Source: Octopus bimaculoides
Taxonomy: Eukaryota
Length of the DNA: 64,000 nt
Assembly (NCBI RefSeq): GCF_001194135.2
Contig: NC_068996.1
Span: 37,227,119 to 37,291,118 of the forward strand
Direction of reading: 5' to 3'
Shown here: positions 37,501 to 52,515 of the stretch, piece by piece
How positions within the stretch are numbered: position 1 is the first letter of the stretch
How the letters are laid out: each line of letters opens with the position of its first letter
Notes under the pieces: model-generated
Told to the model about the DNA's origin: nothing
Seen by the model: only the letters and a program-made list of their open reading frames with translations
The model's database searches: none
Translations under genes and position numbers: made by a program

Positions 37501-39684
37501 TAATTTCTTATTTTAAATTAAACAGAATCAACTCTTTTTATTCTTGTATTTGTTTCAGTCATTTGACTGTGGCCATGCTGGAGCACCACCTTTAGTCGAG
37601 CAAATCGTCCCCAGGACTTATTCTTTGTAAGCTTAGTACTTATTCTATCGGTCTCTCTTGCCGAACCGCTAAGTTACGGGGGACGTAAACACACCAGCAT
37701 CGGTTATCAAGCGATGTTGAGGGGACAAACACAGACACACAAACATATACATACATACATATATACGACGGGCTTCTTTCAGTTTCCATCTACCAAATCC
37801 ACTCACAAAGCTTTGGTCGGCCTGAGGCTATAGTAGAAGACACTTGCCCAAGGTGCCACGCAAATTGTTTCAATTTCCATTTTTGTTTTTTTGCACAAGG
37901 CCAACAATGCTAGGGAAAAAGGAGTCAGATACATCGATTCAAGTACTTGGCCGATATTTATCAACCATGAAGAGACAAAAGGGCAAAGTTGATCTTGGTG
38001 GGATTTTAAGCTCAGCATGTAACATCAACAAGATTCAATGGCAGTTTTTTTGTTTTTTTTTAGTAAGTTATTTACAAGAAAAAGAAGTGACCACACCGTT
38101 TCTAGGGCCACCTCTCAAACAGACAGGGTTGATGTGGGTGACAATGAAAAAGAAAAAAAAGTCTGAACATCTGCAGGTTAAAAAAAAACAGCTACCCTAA
38201 TATGGAGGAAATTGGAGGTGATCTGGTACAAGTGCTTGAAACAGTAAATCTTTCTCAATGTTTGTAAGGATGAATTAATGTTGTTAAACCGAGCTGTATA
38301 TCAAAAGGCTTTGGTTACTTGTTGCATTTTCAGATCAACTTTATATTATGGCTGAGTGGACAGAAGTAAGATTCACATCTATTTGTCAAAACAATTACTC
38401 CAAGATAATGGCCATACAAGCATGAAAATGGTTTTAAAATTTTAACCCTTTTTTTGTACCATATTTCTATTGAATTATGCTATCTTGTTTCAGTGAATTT
38501 TGAAAATAATGAAGAATTCAGTAAAATAATTTTGTCATTATTAAACTGATGTTTGGAATACAAAATTAACATGAGCTTCTGATAGGTTTTTAATTTAATT
38601 TAGATCACATTAAAATAGGAAGTGAATATCAGAGAATCTAGGGCTGTCTTTGTAGGTGTCAAAATGGTTCAATTCAGTGTTTTTCAAACTTTTTTGTTGC
38701 GACCCTTTTTATTTATTTCACAACCCACTGAAGAGTCAGGATCCACAGTTTGAAAAATGCTGGTTTATATTCTGCACTTTGCACCCACTTGCATTTTTTC
38801 TTTCCTTCTTTTTCATCACAACCCATTTTATTTATCTTGCGACCCAGTTTGAAAAACTCTGTTGTAACCCTTTAACAGTAATTACTCTTTCAAATTTAAC
38901 CTTTTAGCATTTAAACCAGCCTTATCTGACCCAAATATTCTACTTGTTTCATGTTCAAACTAGTCAGACCCAGCCTCTTACACCCACCCAAGGATATCAT
39001 TCTAAAAAAACTACTATCACATCATTGAAGTCTTGAAGCTGTGAGACAATCTATGGTTAATTCAAAACAGTGTGAATAAATAAGCATTATATTTGGCAGA
39101 ATAATGTGAATGCTAAAGGGTTAATGTTTATTTATTTACCTTGTTTTAAATTAGTAATGCATTATCTTATAGGCTTGACTTTCCGATGGTTGTTTAGTTT
39201 TTGAACAACGTTGTAGGGTAGGTGTGAAAGGCCAGATCTGGCCAGTTTGAACATAAAACAGGTAGAATTTTTAGGGGAATATGGCCAATTTAAATGCTAA
39301 AGGATTAAACAGGTTAACATTTAAAGCAACTGGATGTCAACTAGATGAACCATTTCACCTGTCATTGTACACATGGAAAACTGAAGTAAAAACTTTAAAA
39401 GCCAATATCTAACACTCAAAAATATGGGGGAAAAAAATGGATTTAAATTAAAAATACACAAAAAAAAAGCTAAGAGTTTTCAAGAGTTACCATGAAAGTT
39501 TGAAGAGTAAAGGGTTGCTGTGAGAAATTATAACTCACCCATAATGTAGTCAGCTCCTTGGCATGACTTAATTACTTCATTGCACACACACGATGTACTN
39601 NNNNNNNNNNNNNNNNNNNTAATTCTCTGGTAACATTTATCCAAACATTTGGTCCATTCATGACAGTGATGTTCACTTCCCTAG

Positions 39685-39730
<46 letters not shown>

Positions 39731-42700
39731 AAGAGAGAAGGAAATGAGAAAATGAAATCAAAACAAAAGGTTATCATCATCATCATCAACATTTAACGTT
39801 TGTTGTCCATGGGTTGGCTGGTTTGACCAGGGCTGTCAAGCTGGAAGGTTCTAGTTTAATTTGCCATGGTTTCTACGGCTGGAGTTCTACAGTATGGTTT
39901 CTGATTTGGCATGAGGTTCTACAGCTGGATGCCCTTCCTAACACCAACCACTCTGAGAATGTAATGGGTGCTTTTACATGCCACTGGCACAGGAGCCATC
40001 TGTGTGACACCAGTATCTGCTAAGACTATGATTTCACTTGGTTTTCTGGATCTTCTTCTCAAGCATAGCCATTGCCTCAAAAAGGCACTTTTCATGTGAC
40101 ACCAGCATCAGCCACCTTTCCTCCATGAGGCCCAATGCTCAAAAGGTGCTTTTCACATGCTAGTTACGTGACACTAGCATCAGTCATGACTACAACTTCA
40201 CTTGGCTTGACAGATCTTCTCAAGCATGGCATATCTCCAAAGGTCTCAGTCACTAGTAATTGCCTCCATGAGGCACAACTTCTCATAAAAGATGTAATTA
40301 CAAACTGTTCCAACTAAACAGAAGTACATAAAAATTATTTTGAAGTTGTTTAGTGTTTTATGTCAGCCTGATTGTGAAGTAGGCCTGTGACGAAAAGACA
40401 TTCCACCCAGGACCATCTTGTCATGGTTGCAGTAACTTTGATCATGGGTTTGATGAATTAGGTTTGACTTGGGATGAAATGATAACAACAATGAAGTCAT
40501 TTACACACACACACTTATATGCATGCATACATATGTATGCATGCATACACACAAGTATGCATAGATGATGGCTGTAATTGAATTTTTCTCTCAAATTGCA
40601 CCTGATCATCTTTAAAATGAAAAGTAAAGGTACATTGGATAATGTAGTCCTAGATATACAATGTCATGGCTAGAATGACTAATCATAGGTCTGCTCAGTC
40701 AGATCAGACTAAAGGCTATTCAACAACAGATTAGCCTGGGTTTACTAGATCAACAAAATAAAGAATATTGACTACAAACTGAAGCTAAAACCAAGCAATG
40801 TACTGAGACATTCTAGAAGCTTAACTCTATCCTTCAATACTTTCCATTATTTCTAGATATATTCCAACAAAAATTAAACATGAAAGTCAACATATATTTC
40901 ATTAACTTCTAAAGTTCTTGGATATGATTTTTCACCATCATCATCTAATGTCTGTTTTCCATGCCAGCATGGGTTGGATGATTTGACAGGAGTAGGTAAG
41001 GCCAGTGGGTCACACCAGGCCCCATTGTCTGTTTTGGCATGGTTTTCCTAGATGCCCTTCCTAATGCCAACTACTCCACAGGGTGTATTGGGTGCTTTTT
41101 ATGTGGCATTAGCACCAGTGCTTTTAAAATGTGACACCAGCACCAGTATCAATTCTGCTGTGGTAGATGGGTTTTCTTGAGAAAAGCAAGGCGCCAGACA
41201 TCTCAGTCCTTTCTCATCTCCTACATAAGCCGTAGTGTCTTGAGATCAGCCAGCATTTGATCTCAAGTTCAAGGTTTTAAAACTACTGACAACTTCAGCT
41301 TATCTCTTTCCTGACTATATTCCTACTGAAATATGAGTTGAAAACAATAATTTGCAAACATTTAGTAAAATAACAGACATTGTCATTTAATGGTTGTTGT
41401 TGTTTAACCCTTAGTCAGACTTTGTTCATCAGACCTATAAACAAAGGTGTTCAAGCTGTGATCATCTCATCATTAAGACAGAGTGTACCCAGGACAACGT
41501 TAACCTAGATATCTTTCTTTTTAAGGGTATAACCTGAGGGATTATCTATTATATTAAAGTGCTAACAAAAGATTATTGCAGATCAGCAGTGTTAGACTGC
41601 CTCACACAAAGAGCCAGAACAAAAATCAGTCAAACTGATATAGTATAATGACCAAACAGCCAATGATGTCACAAAAAGCTGGTAAGCTCAACTATATTAG
41701 CTATATACAGTAGTCTAGGGCAATCAAAAATATACATCCAATTTAAGTTTGATATACTTATTATTAACTTCTAAATGAAACATTTAAAAAGCCATATTGA
41801 TCTTTAAAGTATGGTGGTTGTTTTTGATTCAACTTTTTGTTATATTTCTTTTGAAATACACTGCCTTTATTTCAAAATTAATTCTGAAAATAATGAAGAA
41901 GTATCAAGCTGGTGTTTTGAACATAAACTAACATGAAATTTTGATGGAGGGATTTACTTTCAATCACTTAAAAACAGACATTTGTATAGTAGACCCAGGA
42001 ATAGCTTCAGGCAGATTGGCATCAAAAGGTTTAAACCATGAAATATCAATGGAGTCAGCTAGTTTCTATGGAACGAAGTCAAGTGACCACTGAATCAAGT
42101 CATATATTGGTACATTAAGTCAATGTTTGGATCATAAATTAAACAAAAAGTTCTTAGATGAAATTATATTGTAAGGTGAATTTTGCAGCAAAGAAGTAGG
42201 GGTGGTCTGGTGAATTGGTAAATCAAAGGCATTAACAAACAATTAGATTGTGAATTCTAGGTAAACAAAGGCATTAAGCTGGAAATCCAGAAACTTACTT
42301 GGACATCTTGAATAACACTGCTGTATCTATCCCTTGCTATTAAGTTCTCTTTGTTTACAACTGTTTGAGGAGGCACAGGTTGAGGTAATGTTGGCATTGT
42401 TCCTGGATAAACAAAACGACCATAACCATATAGCAACATAAAGAACATTTAAAAAAAGAAAAAAAAATCTCAGATAAAACAGCTCACAAGTTAATATTTG
42501 TATTTCTGATAAATAATCCTTTCTAATATTGGCACAAGGCCCAAAGTTTTGTGGGAAGGGAACAGTCAAAATTTGAAGGCAAGTGGATACCCAATTGGTA
42601 CTTTATTTTATCAACCCTGAAAGAATGACAGGCAGAGCCGATCTCGGTAAAAATTAAACTGAGAACATGAAAATGGACAAAATGACATTTAGCATTTTGT

Positions 42701-45700
42701 CGCACATGCTAACAATTCTGCCTTTGTATTTCTAATAAATAATAATTCTTTCAAATTTTAGCACAAGGTCAGCAATTTCAGAGAGAGGGGTTAGTTGATA
42801 CCACCAAGTCCACAATTTGATTGTACTTATCTTAACCCTGAAAGGAGAAAAGGTGAAAATTGAAACTTGAAACATAAGGAGTTGGGAGAATGAAGGTGGT
42901 GATGGTGGTGGCGTTGATAATGATGACAACGATGATATCTTACTTAAGCACAATATGACAACTTGGGGTGAAAGAGTGTAGTGGATTTAATCAACACCAG
43001 TTCATAATTGGTGCTTATTAATGTAATGAGGAATAAAGAGAAATCAGCTCAACTTTCATTCAGCTATACAGTACTGCAAGAGTACTGTGAGAGTTAATGG
43101 GTGGGGCACTACTCATACTACTTCAGGATATAAAGCAGACTTGAGTGCATGCAATAACAAAAAAATATTCTCAAGAAAGTGTAGAACATAGCAGGTATGG
43201 ACAAATCAATCTGTTGCACAGCCTAGAAAAGTTGAAAACAAAAATTTATATAAGTAAATATTATGTAGATAATTAGGGTAAATTCCAGCATGTATGTATG
43301 TGTATATTTTTCTTTTGTTATCTATGATATCATATTTGCTTTTCCTTCCCTCACCACAACAATCTATACTTCTCCTGATTACCAATGAAATATAAACACT
43401 TCACCGAAATGTAAAATCTGCATTATTTAATTTCTATGTCTGAAGAATTTCTAAAAGGAAATTCCTTACATGTCTATCTAACATGTAAAACTTTGTCATT
43501 CCTATTACCAAATGAAACGTGTAATGGTGAATGAATAACAAAACTTTTTTCCTTCTTCCTCTTTCGTTAAATAAATAAATAAATAAGAAAATAAATTTCT
43601 GAAGAAATAGCATGGAAACTTACCAACAGGAGTTTCAGCAGTAAGGTTTTGAACACACCTATTTTTATTATCATCCGGCACATTCTCTCCGTTATTATCA
43701 CAAATTTCACCCCATCCCTGGTCATCATTTCTAAATTCAAGACTGTCAAGAGATTTAGATTCAAGAGTGGTTTCTTGTTTCTGTAAAGTTTCAAAAGCTG
43801 GAAATTCTGAACTAGACACCGATTGGCTGTCAGCGGCCATGTCAGGATCTCTTTGATTTTGTCGTCCAGCCGAATTGTAACTGAGTTCAAGACTTGACAC
43901 AGACTGCGAATCTTCTTTCTGGAACTTGTTGTTATCCTGCCAGCTCAGACTATCAGTGTCCTTTGAAGAATGACTATCTTCATCAGCAAAATCAAAGTTA
44001 CCAGGTTGGCATGTGGACTGGTTTTCACTTGAGTAAGCTTCAACATTTCGACCTTTCGGCATGTGCACCGGTCCTGGTCGTAAGTTCGAACATGGGACAG
44101 AAGCTGGGAAACCAGTTCTTTCAGTGAAATCAAAACTATCAATACCACGAGAGAAACCACCAAACTCATCTTCTCCTTCAACGGAATCATCAAGTGGAGG
44201 TGGCTCATGGAATAAATCGATTTCAGATGAAAGATTCAGACTGACATTAGATGCAGAAATTGCTGAAGGCTGTTGTTGAAAGTTTTGAGAAGAGCCAGCT
44301 GAATTGTCTAGTTTCACTTTTGCTTTTTCCTTCTTTGAGGCATTTCTTTTAGTGCCTTCGACACCATCATTTCTAGTTAATGTGTCTTCATGGCTTATAG
44401 TATTTTCTCGAGGCACGTTCTCCCGCACTTTGAAGAGACTCAATATTTCTCTTCTCTGTAAATTATCTTTCACAATAGTCACAAGAGAAGATCCATTGCT
44501 GTTAGCTGAATTACCAGACTCAACATCAAAATTGCTTCCATCAGATTCAACTGATTGCTTTTTTTCTGAGAAAGAATTTGTTGACGAACCAACTTTTGGT
44601 GGATGAATCGAAGTGTTTTCACCCGAATTTGGTGCCATTTGAGTGAAATCCGCCCAGTTATTCAGACTGCTGTTGGATGATACTTGAAATTCTGCCCAGC
44701 CAGGATCATCATCATCAACAGGATTTACGTTTGATGCCAAAACACTGTTCTTCACTGCAATGTCATAGGGAGGAGGAATATTGGACTGGGGGTCATGACC
44801 GGCTGTAATAATAAAACGAAATAAAGAAAAGGAATAAACTAACTTGTCTGATAATCACAATAACAACAGGATAATATTTAAAATAATACTACATACTTTG
44901 GTTAATTCATGTGTAAGCTTTCCTGATTTTTTTTTTTTTTTGCAAGGCAAAAAAGAAAAGAAAAACAAAGAACTGTTATATTTAAACAACAACAAGGTTA
45001 CATAACAAAATGCCAAAATAAAAAAGAATCATTTCATTAAATATAACAGATATTAATGAAGTTGTAAACTGTTATTAAATTAATAAGGTTACAGCATAAA
45101 ATGGATAAAAGTCAGCTTGTGCTGAACACATGCAATTTGAGTTCAATAAATAACTGAAAAGAAAAGAAAAATTACTTTCAGTATACTGATCAAGTGGAAT
45201 ATGAATCTAATAACAGGTTTTCTGGGGTTTTATTATCGATTTCAAATAATTTTTTAAAAATCATGCACAAAAAATACTTACTTTAGGAGGCAACATTCCT
45301 AATACTGTACCAACTAAATATGTTTTTCCTTGTTATAATAATTTCTTTATTTAATAATGTTTTTTTTATCATTAATTTTCATTCTTAAAAAAAAAACACT
45401 CTGTTCAACTTGTTAGGGTGGTTGGACAGAAGTTATATGAATGATCAAATAAATTGCTTTTAACAATGACACAAGGTCAGAAATTTAAAGGAGAAATTAA
45501 ATCGATAAAATCATACCACTTGGTACTTTTATTTTATCAACCTCTGAAGAATGAAAAACAATGTTGACCTTGGCAGGAATTGAACTCAGAATGTAAAGAC
45601 GTGGAAGAAATACCACAAGGCATTTTGTCTGAAGCACCAACAGTTCTACCAATCCATTTGATTTTTAATTTAAATTTCAGAGCTGTCTCTCTTAATTTAA

Positions 45701-48700
45701 TCATGATGCCAGGACGTTGGGTCATTTTTTTTTTTTTACTTTTTTCTCATCACTAAAGGTGAAATTTTGATCAATTTAAATTTCTAGGTTCACCACATTC
45801 ATTATGTTAACACTCATTAATCTATTTATAGCATAGTGATTAACAGTATAAAATATATTTTAATGGATTTCCAAAGTTTATAAATTATTATATTTCTTAG
45901 TATGCATACAAAAGCTTCTGTTCTATCATGACAGCTACAACCTAATCATACCAACTAGCAATCCAGTTTTTTTAGGGTCACACCGTGCTGTGCCAATATA
46001 ATGTTAGATAAATATAGTGGTAGTAGTAGTAGCAGTAGTAGTAGTAATGATGATGATGATGATGATGATGATAATAATAATAAATTCCATCCGAGGATTA
46101 TTAATGTTATTATTATATATAAATCATCATCATCATCGTTTAACATTGACTTTCCATGCTAGCAGGGGTTGGACGATTTGACTGAGGACTGGCGAACCAG
46201 ATGGCTGCACCAAGTTCCAATCTGATTTGGCAGAGTTTCTACAGCTGGATGTCCTTCCTAATGCCAACCACTCAGAGTGTAGTGGATGCTTTTACGTGCC
46301 ACCGGCATGAGGGCCAATCTGGTGGTACTGGCAACGGCCACATTCAAATGGTGTTTTTACGTGCCACCTGCACAGGAGTCAGTCCAGCAGCGCTGGCACG
46401 ACCTCACTTGAATGTTTTGTTCACATGTCACCAGCACAAGTGCCAGTAAGGCGACGCTGTTAACGATCACACTCAAATGTTGCTTTTTTACATGCCACCA
46501 GCACGGAAGTCAGACCGCTGCTCTGGCAGTGATCCCGCTTGGATGGTGCTGTTAGCGCTCCACTGGCATGGGTGCCAGTCATTAAATATATATACATATA
46601 TACACGGACACATATAAATATATACATATATACACGGACACATGCACTGTCTACTTTGATGCTTATGTATCAGTACATAGTACCGAACTTGAGTGTGTTC
46701 AATGCATACATTCAAACATAAGACACCTGATTGTGACTGGAGATCAAACTTATTGAAACATAATGTAGATGTAAATATTGAAAAAATAATCATTGTAGGG
46801 TTTATAGACAGTCTCGTCTCAGACATTGAATTTTAATGCTAAAATTTAAATATAAGAAATTAATAGATAACAACAAAAACAACAAAAATTATGAGAAATG
46901 AAACTATAAGATTGAAAAATAATACTGTTTCTAGAATCATCATTTAATGTCAATTTTAATTTAAAATAATTTTTTAGTTTCACAGTAAGGTGAAAATAGA
47001 GCTGAATATACACTTCTTGAAAATTAGTGAGTGTCAACTCTTAAGAGCTGACACACTCATTCACATACACCTACACATTCATATCAAGTTCTTAAGGAAT
47101 AGATGAGTTCTGTAGGTAAGATCTTGGCCAACTTCATCCTTAACCTTCAAAGCAAGTGTCCTGCTACTGAATAAACTCCAAGCACTACAGAAACTATTTA
47201 AACAGGCCTAGACTACTAGACACACAATAATAGTAATTTCTTTTGAGGGTAGTTGGCTGTTATTTCTATCAAGTCAATCAACTACAAATATTTTGCTCAT
47301 TCAATGGCTCAGAAGTCTTCATTTAGATGTATAGTGCCATCTATATAATAAAAAATATTTTAAGTACAAATTTGTCCTATTATTTCTTTGTTTAATTTCA
47401 GGCCTCAATGGAACAAATGTGATGTGTTATGGGACTGAATTCTGTTTAGAGGAGGCTAGATAGGCACTACTTATTCAGTGAGAAAGTATGGGATGTAACA
47501 TAGATATGATATTCTTGATGCAAATACAAGTTTTTTTTATAATAATTTTAGTCTTTTAAAATTGGCTTCACATTTTGGCCAACAATTCTGAGGTAGGAAG
47601 GGGTAATAAGTCAATTATATCAATGCCAGTGTTTGACTGATATTTATTTTATCAACCCTGAAAGGATGAAAGGCAAAGTTGACCTTGCAGCATCTGAAAA
47701 TTTTGTTTAATATCACAATTAGATGCAAGCTTTTTAGTTTATTCTAAGACTATTCCATATTTTAATAAATACCACCAACAAAAATTTAGTTGCTATTACT
47801 GTCAATTTGGTAAATAAATGTAAATAAAAACCAAGACAAGTGTTACTAAAAAACTATGTTAAACATGTTTTACAAAGGTATTTTACAAGTAATTGCTGAC
47901 AATGAAATTACTTAAGTAAATATCTATGTAGACAATAGTTTACATTTAATATTGGTTCAGTTAAGGTAATTACATTTTTTTAATTTAAGAATCAACATTG
48001 ATTTATGATCAAATTAAACATTTACTTTATAAATTATGTTGTTTAATTAAGAATTATCTATCAACAATAATAACAAAATAAAGAGAAAAGATTTTTACAA
48101 ACAACATATATAACATACATAGATCATAAGTGCAATCAGAAATTTACAACAACAGAATAATAGATAAATTGGTAAAAATATACAAAAAAAAAAAGAAGAT
48201 AAAATAGTTAGCCAGCCACCCCAAACCCACACAAAAAAATTAAAATTTCATACAAAATGCAACAGGAAATAAGCCAGATGTCAAAGCGCAGTTCCCTGTG
48301 ATTTAATTCACATATTGAAAGAATGGTAAGGGGGAAAGGATTCTTGGAAGGAGTTTCTCAAAAAAACGGTGATTTTGAGAATATTGTTGGCAAAACTTTC
48401 TTAACAACTGTAGCATTTATCAATATATGTTTTATTCGGTAGACGGTGAGTAAAGCAGCTAAGAAACAGTCTTATATCAATAACCAAGTGGCCTCAAAAC
48501 ATCTTTGTGGACAAAGGATTGACGGATTACTTTCCAAAGGTGTCACAGCTAGTTTGTTAACTTCAAAAAAAATTTATATATATATATATATATATATAAT
48601 GAAGGTGAGGCAGGAGAAGGTTCATTTTTTTTTAATTGTATAAATTCAGCAACCGTCAACAATAATAACTTTAAATTCAGTTTTACCCAGCCAGATATGT

Positions 48701-51700
48701 CTGAATATTGTGAGCATAGTAAAAGTAAGAGCAGAGGCTAAAGAGAATAATGGTGATGATTAAAAGAACAAATGAATAATATATTCGTATAGTAAGTAAA
48801 AAGATGTTAATTTAAAAGATAGATGAAATGCCATCATTAGCCAGATCCTAAAACAAGACCCAGCTTAATGAAGTTTATGAATCGCAGATAAAATAATTAA
48901 AGACCCATCATAACAGGGAAGAATGATAAACAAATTAATAAGAAGGAATAAATTAGCTATGAATGATGATGAGATAAAAGATGAATGTAACAATGAAAGT
49001 CCTTATAGAGAGTTCCGAAGCTGATAGGATTATTTCTTAATGTTTAGCTAACAACTATGACAATGTGGTATTTAGTTATTTACTATATTGACTATTGTAG
49101 TGTTTAGCTGTCAACAATAGTAATTAGATAGTGTTTAGCTTAATACAATGAAGTGTTATCTATCTACAATACTAATTAAGTAATATTTTGCCATCTACTA
49201 CAAATTTGATAAAAGTTCTCACTTTTATGCTAGTTTTGATCTAGTATTTAGATATCTAATAAAGTGTTTAGTTATTTTCTAATTTGGCATTGTTGTGCTT
49301 AGCTATCTAGTATGGTGATAAAGTGTTTACTTATTATTCAGAACTTGAGTGATGTAGTGTTTAGCTATCTATTCCTGTGATAAATTGTTTAATTAAACTC
49401 TTCTTTGGTGGTACTGTGATTAGCTATTTTTGTTGTGATAATAAAATCTTTAGTTATTTTCTACATTGGTGATGTTGTGCTCAGCTATTTCCTCCAATGA
49501 TAAAGTGTTTAGTTATTTTCTACCTTTGATGATGTAGTGTTTAGCTTGCTTCTATAGTGATAAAGTGTTTAGTTATTTTCTACATAGGTGATGTTGTGTT
49601 TACCAAAAAAAACCACAGTGATGAAATGTTTAACAATGAACTAGAGTGACAATGAAGGAAATGTTTAACAATCAACTGTAGTGATGACATTAAGAACAAT
49701 AGAAACATTAATATGTAAGACAAACTACAATAAATATATCCAAATGTATGTTGTGAGAGAATACAAAAAAAAAAAACTAACTATAACATCAACATATCAA
49801 AAAAAACAACCCAACATAAAGCAGACACCACATGCATTCTCTCTTTCACACAAAACCTTAGTTAAAATGTACAGTTGTCATTATGCATGTGAATTATTTA
49901 CTGTTGCATTCTGCAAGGTGACAGGCATTAGACTGTGAGTTTGAAGACAACAAAGATTTACTGACAGCTCTGGTTACTCAAGTTAAAAGGCAACACCAAT
50001 AGCAATATCTAAAAAAAAAAACCCATGTATATGTGTTGCACTTCCAGCAAAATGTAATAAAAAATATAGAACCAAAAATAAAACAAAATGAAAAGATACA
50101 AAAATCATTTAGAGTAAATTAGAATGAAATATACTAATTTAAGATAATCTTATTTCTCTCCAGTAAAGCAAAGCTGCTAAATGAATTGCCTTAACATTTA
50201 AAAACTAAATTTATATTCTTTAGTATTATTGTTTATGGCTTTTTGGAAGAGGATGACCCAGGAACGCATTGGAGGAAACTGAAGGAAAATGATCTCCAGA
50301 TGTTGAGCCTTCACTTATATACACCACCCTGTAACTTAAGTGTACCCCCACCATCACATCTTCACCTTTTCTGCCCTCTCTCTCCTCTCTCTTTCCTATT
50401 GAGGTAACCATGTATCTCCTTTACTGCAAGACACCTGCTTCTGTCCATCTATTCATACTCTATCCTCTCATCACCAGGCACAAGGCTACTTCCCTCAACA
50501 CTACTCCTCACTCATTTGAGGGGTTTTGTCTTGTAAGTTATTTGGTGACCTCACTGGTGCTGGTGCCACATAAAAAGCACCCAGTCCACTCAGTAAAGTG
50601 GTTGGCATTAGGAACGATGCCAAAGCTGATAGAGCTTGGCACAGTCTTCTGACTTGCTAGCTCCTATCAAACTGCTCAACCCATGCCAGCATGGAAACCG
50701 GATGTAAAATGATGCTGATGATGATAAAGATGATAAAGGCTCAATGACCAAATTAAACGAGTTGGGGTTGGCCAAGAATGACCAACCACTGATTCATCAA
50801 TCTTCCTTTTTAATTCTGGAAGGTTCCAAGCTTTTTAATTCTGGAAGGTTCGAAGTTTCAGTTGTCAGGAATATAATCTTTGAATAAAAAGCTGTTGTTT
50901 AAAGCTAGGTCTAATTTAGAGTAATTTGTGATCAAACACATTCCAGCTTTGATTATCCCATCTTTATTACAGGCAAAAAGATGTGATTTGAGTGATATTT
51001 GATTATTATTTCTAGCAAGCTGAGTGCTCATATTAAGGCTCCTCATGGATCAAAAGGTGTTTTAGATTGGTATCGTTAATAGTTAAACTTAGACATTATT
51101 AGACTAGAAAACAGTGAATTCTTTTTAATATAACAATAGAATAAGCACAGAGTAATTATGTCAGTGAAAGAGTGTTGAATTAATAAACCTACATGAAGGG
51201 GTACCCATACACATCAATGACTGGGAGTAAGAAGTAATGTGGCACATGATAAACTACAGTTCCCTACAGAAAATAACATCTCATCTACCATTCCTAAAAC
51301 ATCATATTTATCAAAAGGTAGGTAGCAGGGATATTTTGTAGGTATTTGTAATATAATACAGAGCAGAAATATTCTTAGATGTCTAAACTGATAACATGAA
51401 AAAACTGATTCTTTTAATTCTATTAGTACAAAGAGAAAAAAAGGGATAGGTGTATATTCATAAACGTACATCTATCTCACTTTTGGAAGTTAAACAAAAT
51501 CGATAGCATCATCAAGATTTTCTCAGATGCTATGGACATCACACTTCTTTGAATTAAGAACAAGGACAAAAAAAAAAAATTATGACTAAAAATGGAAACT
51601 AATTAATAAGCTAATTACTAATTAGTATAGCTGAATATTATTTTAATAAACGAACAAATAATGAAAAATATTTCTTAAATAACATGAAATAAATTAATGA

Positions 51701-52466
51701 TTAATAAGAGAAAACTAATTAAAAAATTTATAAACGAAACAAAATAACACAAAACTGATAAATAAGAATGACTGGAAGCACACATCTGTACAGGGTGAGT
51801 GAAAGCAATTACAGTGAATTGTGCTAGAAGAAAAGTAGAATTTTAATTTTATGAAGCAGAAGAAGAATGATACACTGAGGAAAGTGAAAAAGGGAGAGAA
51901 AGGAAAGCGGAGAAATTTTAGATTTTAAATCTAGGAGCAAGTGAACTATTTCTTTGCTTTCTCTAATTATAGCTAATAAGAACCTAACAAGTTTTTTTGT
52001 CTTTTTGGTTTTTCCGTTGTTGCTGTTCCTTGCCAAAGATAAGGACGGAGAACATTAGTGGAAGAAGTGGAGATGAACAATAGCCCAAGTGGAAAAGGAA
52101 TAGAAAAAAAACAGATTTTTTTTTAAAAAATCATATCATGAAATGAAAATAGAGGAAGAAATTAAAAGAAGTAAAAAGAGAAATTTTAAGAAAATTGTGA
52201 AAATTAAATAAAAAGAAAGAAAAAAATGTTATGGTGTAAGTAAAAGAGAAAGATTTTCGAAAATGGTAAAAAAAGATTTAAATAAATCACAAAGAATGTT
52301 GTAAGAAAATGATTAAAGCAAATGATGAGATTAATGAAGAAAGTAAAGCAAGAGTAAAATAAATAAATGTGAGGCAAAAGACTAAACTGAAGCAAATACT
52401 ACATTTAGGGAGAAGGTAGACTTAATGTGAAGTAAGTTAAAAAGAAATGAACTGAGTAAGAAGATC

Positions 52467-52515
<49 letters not shown>

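Noticed and set aside
40518-40547. 30-bp perfect palindrome of alternating purine-pyrimidine
   Set aside because: Built from (CATG/CATA) low-complexity units, so it is expected by chance in this background.
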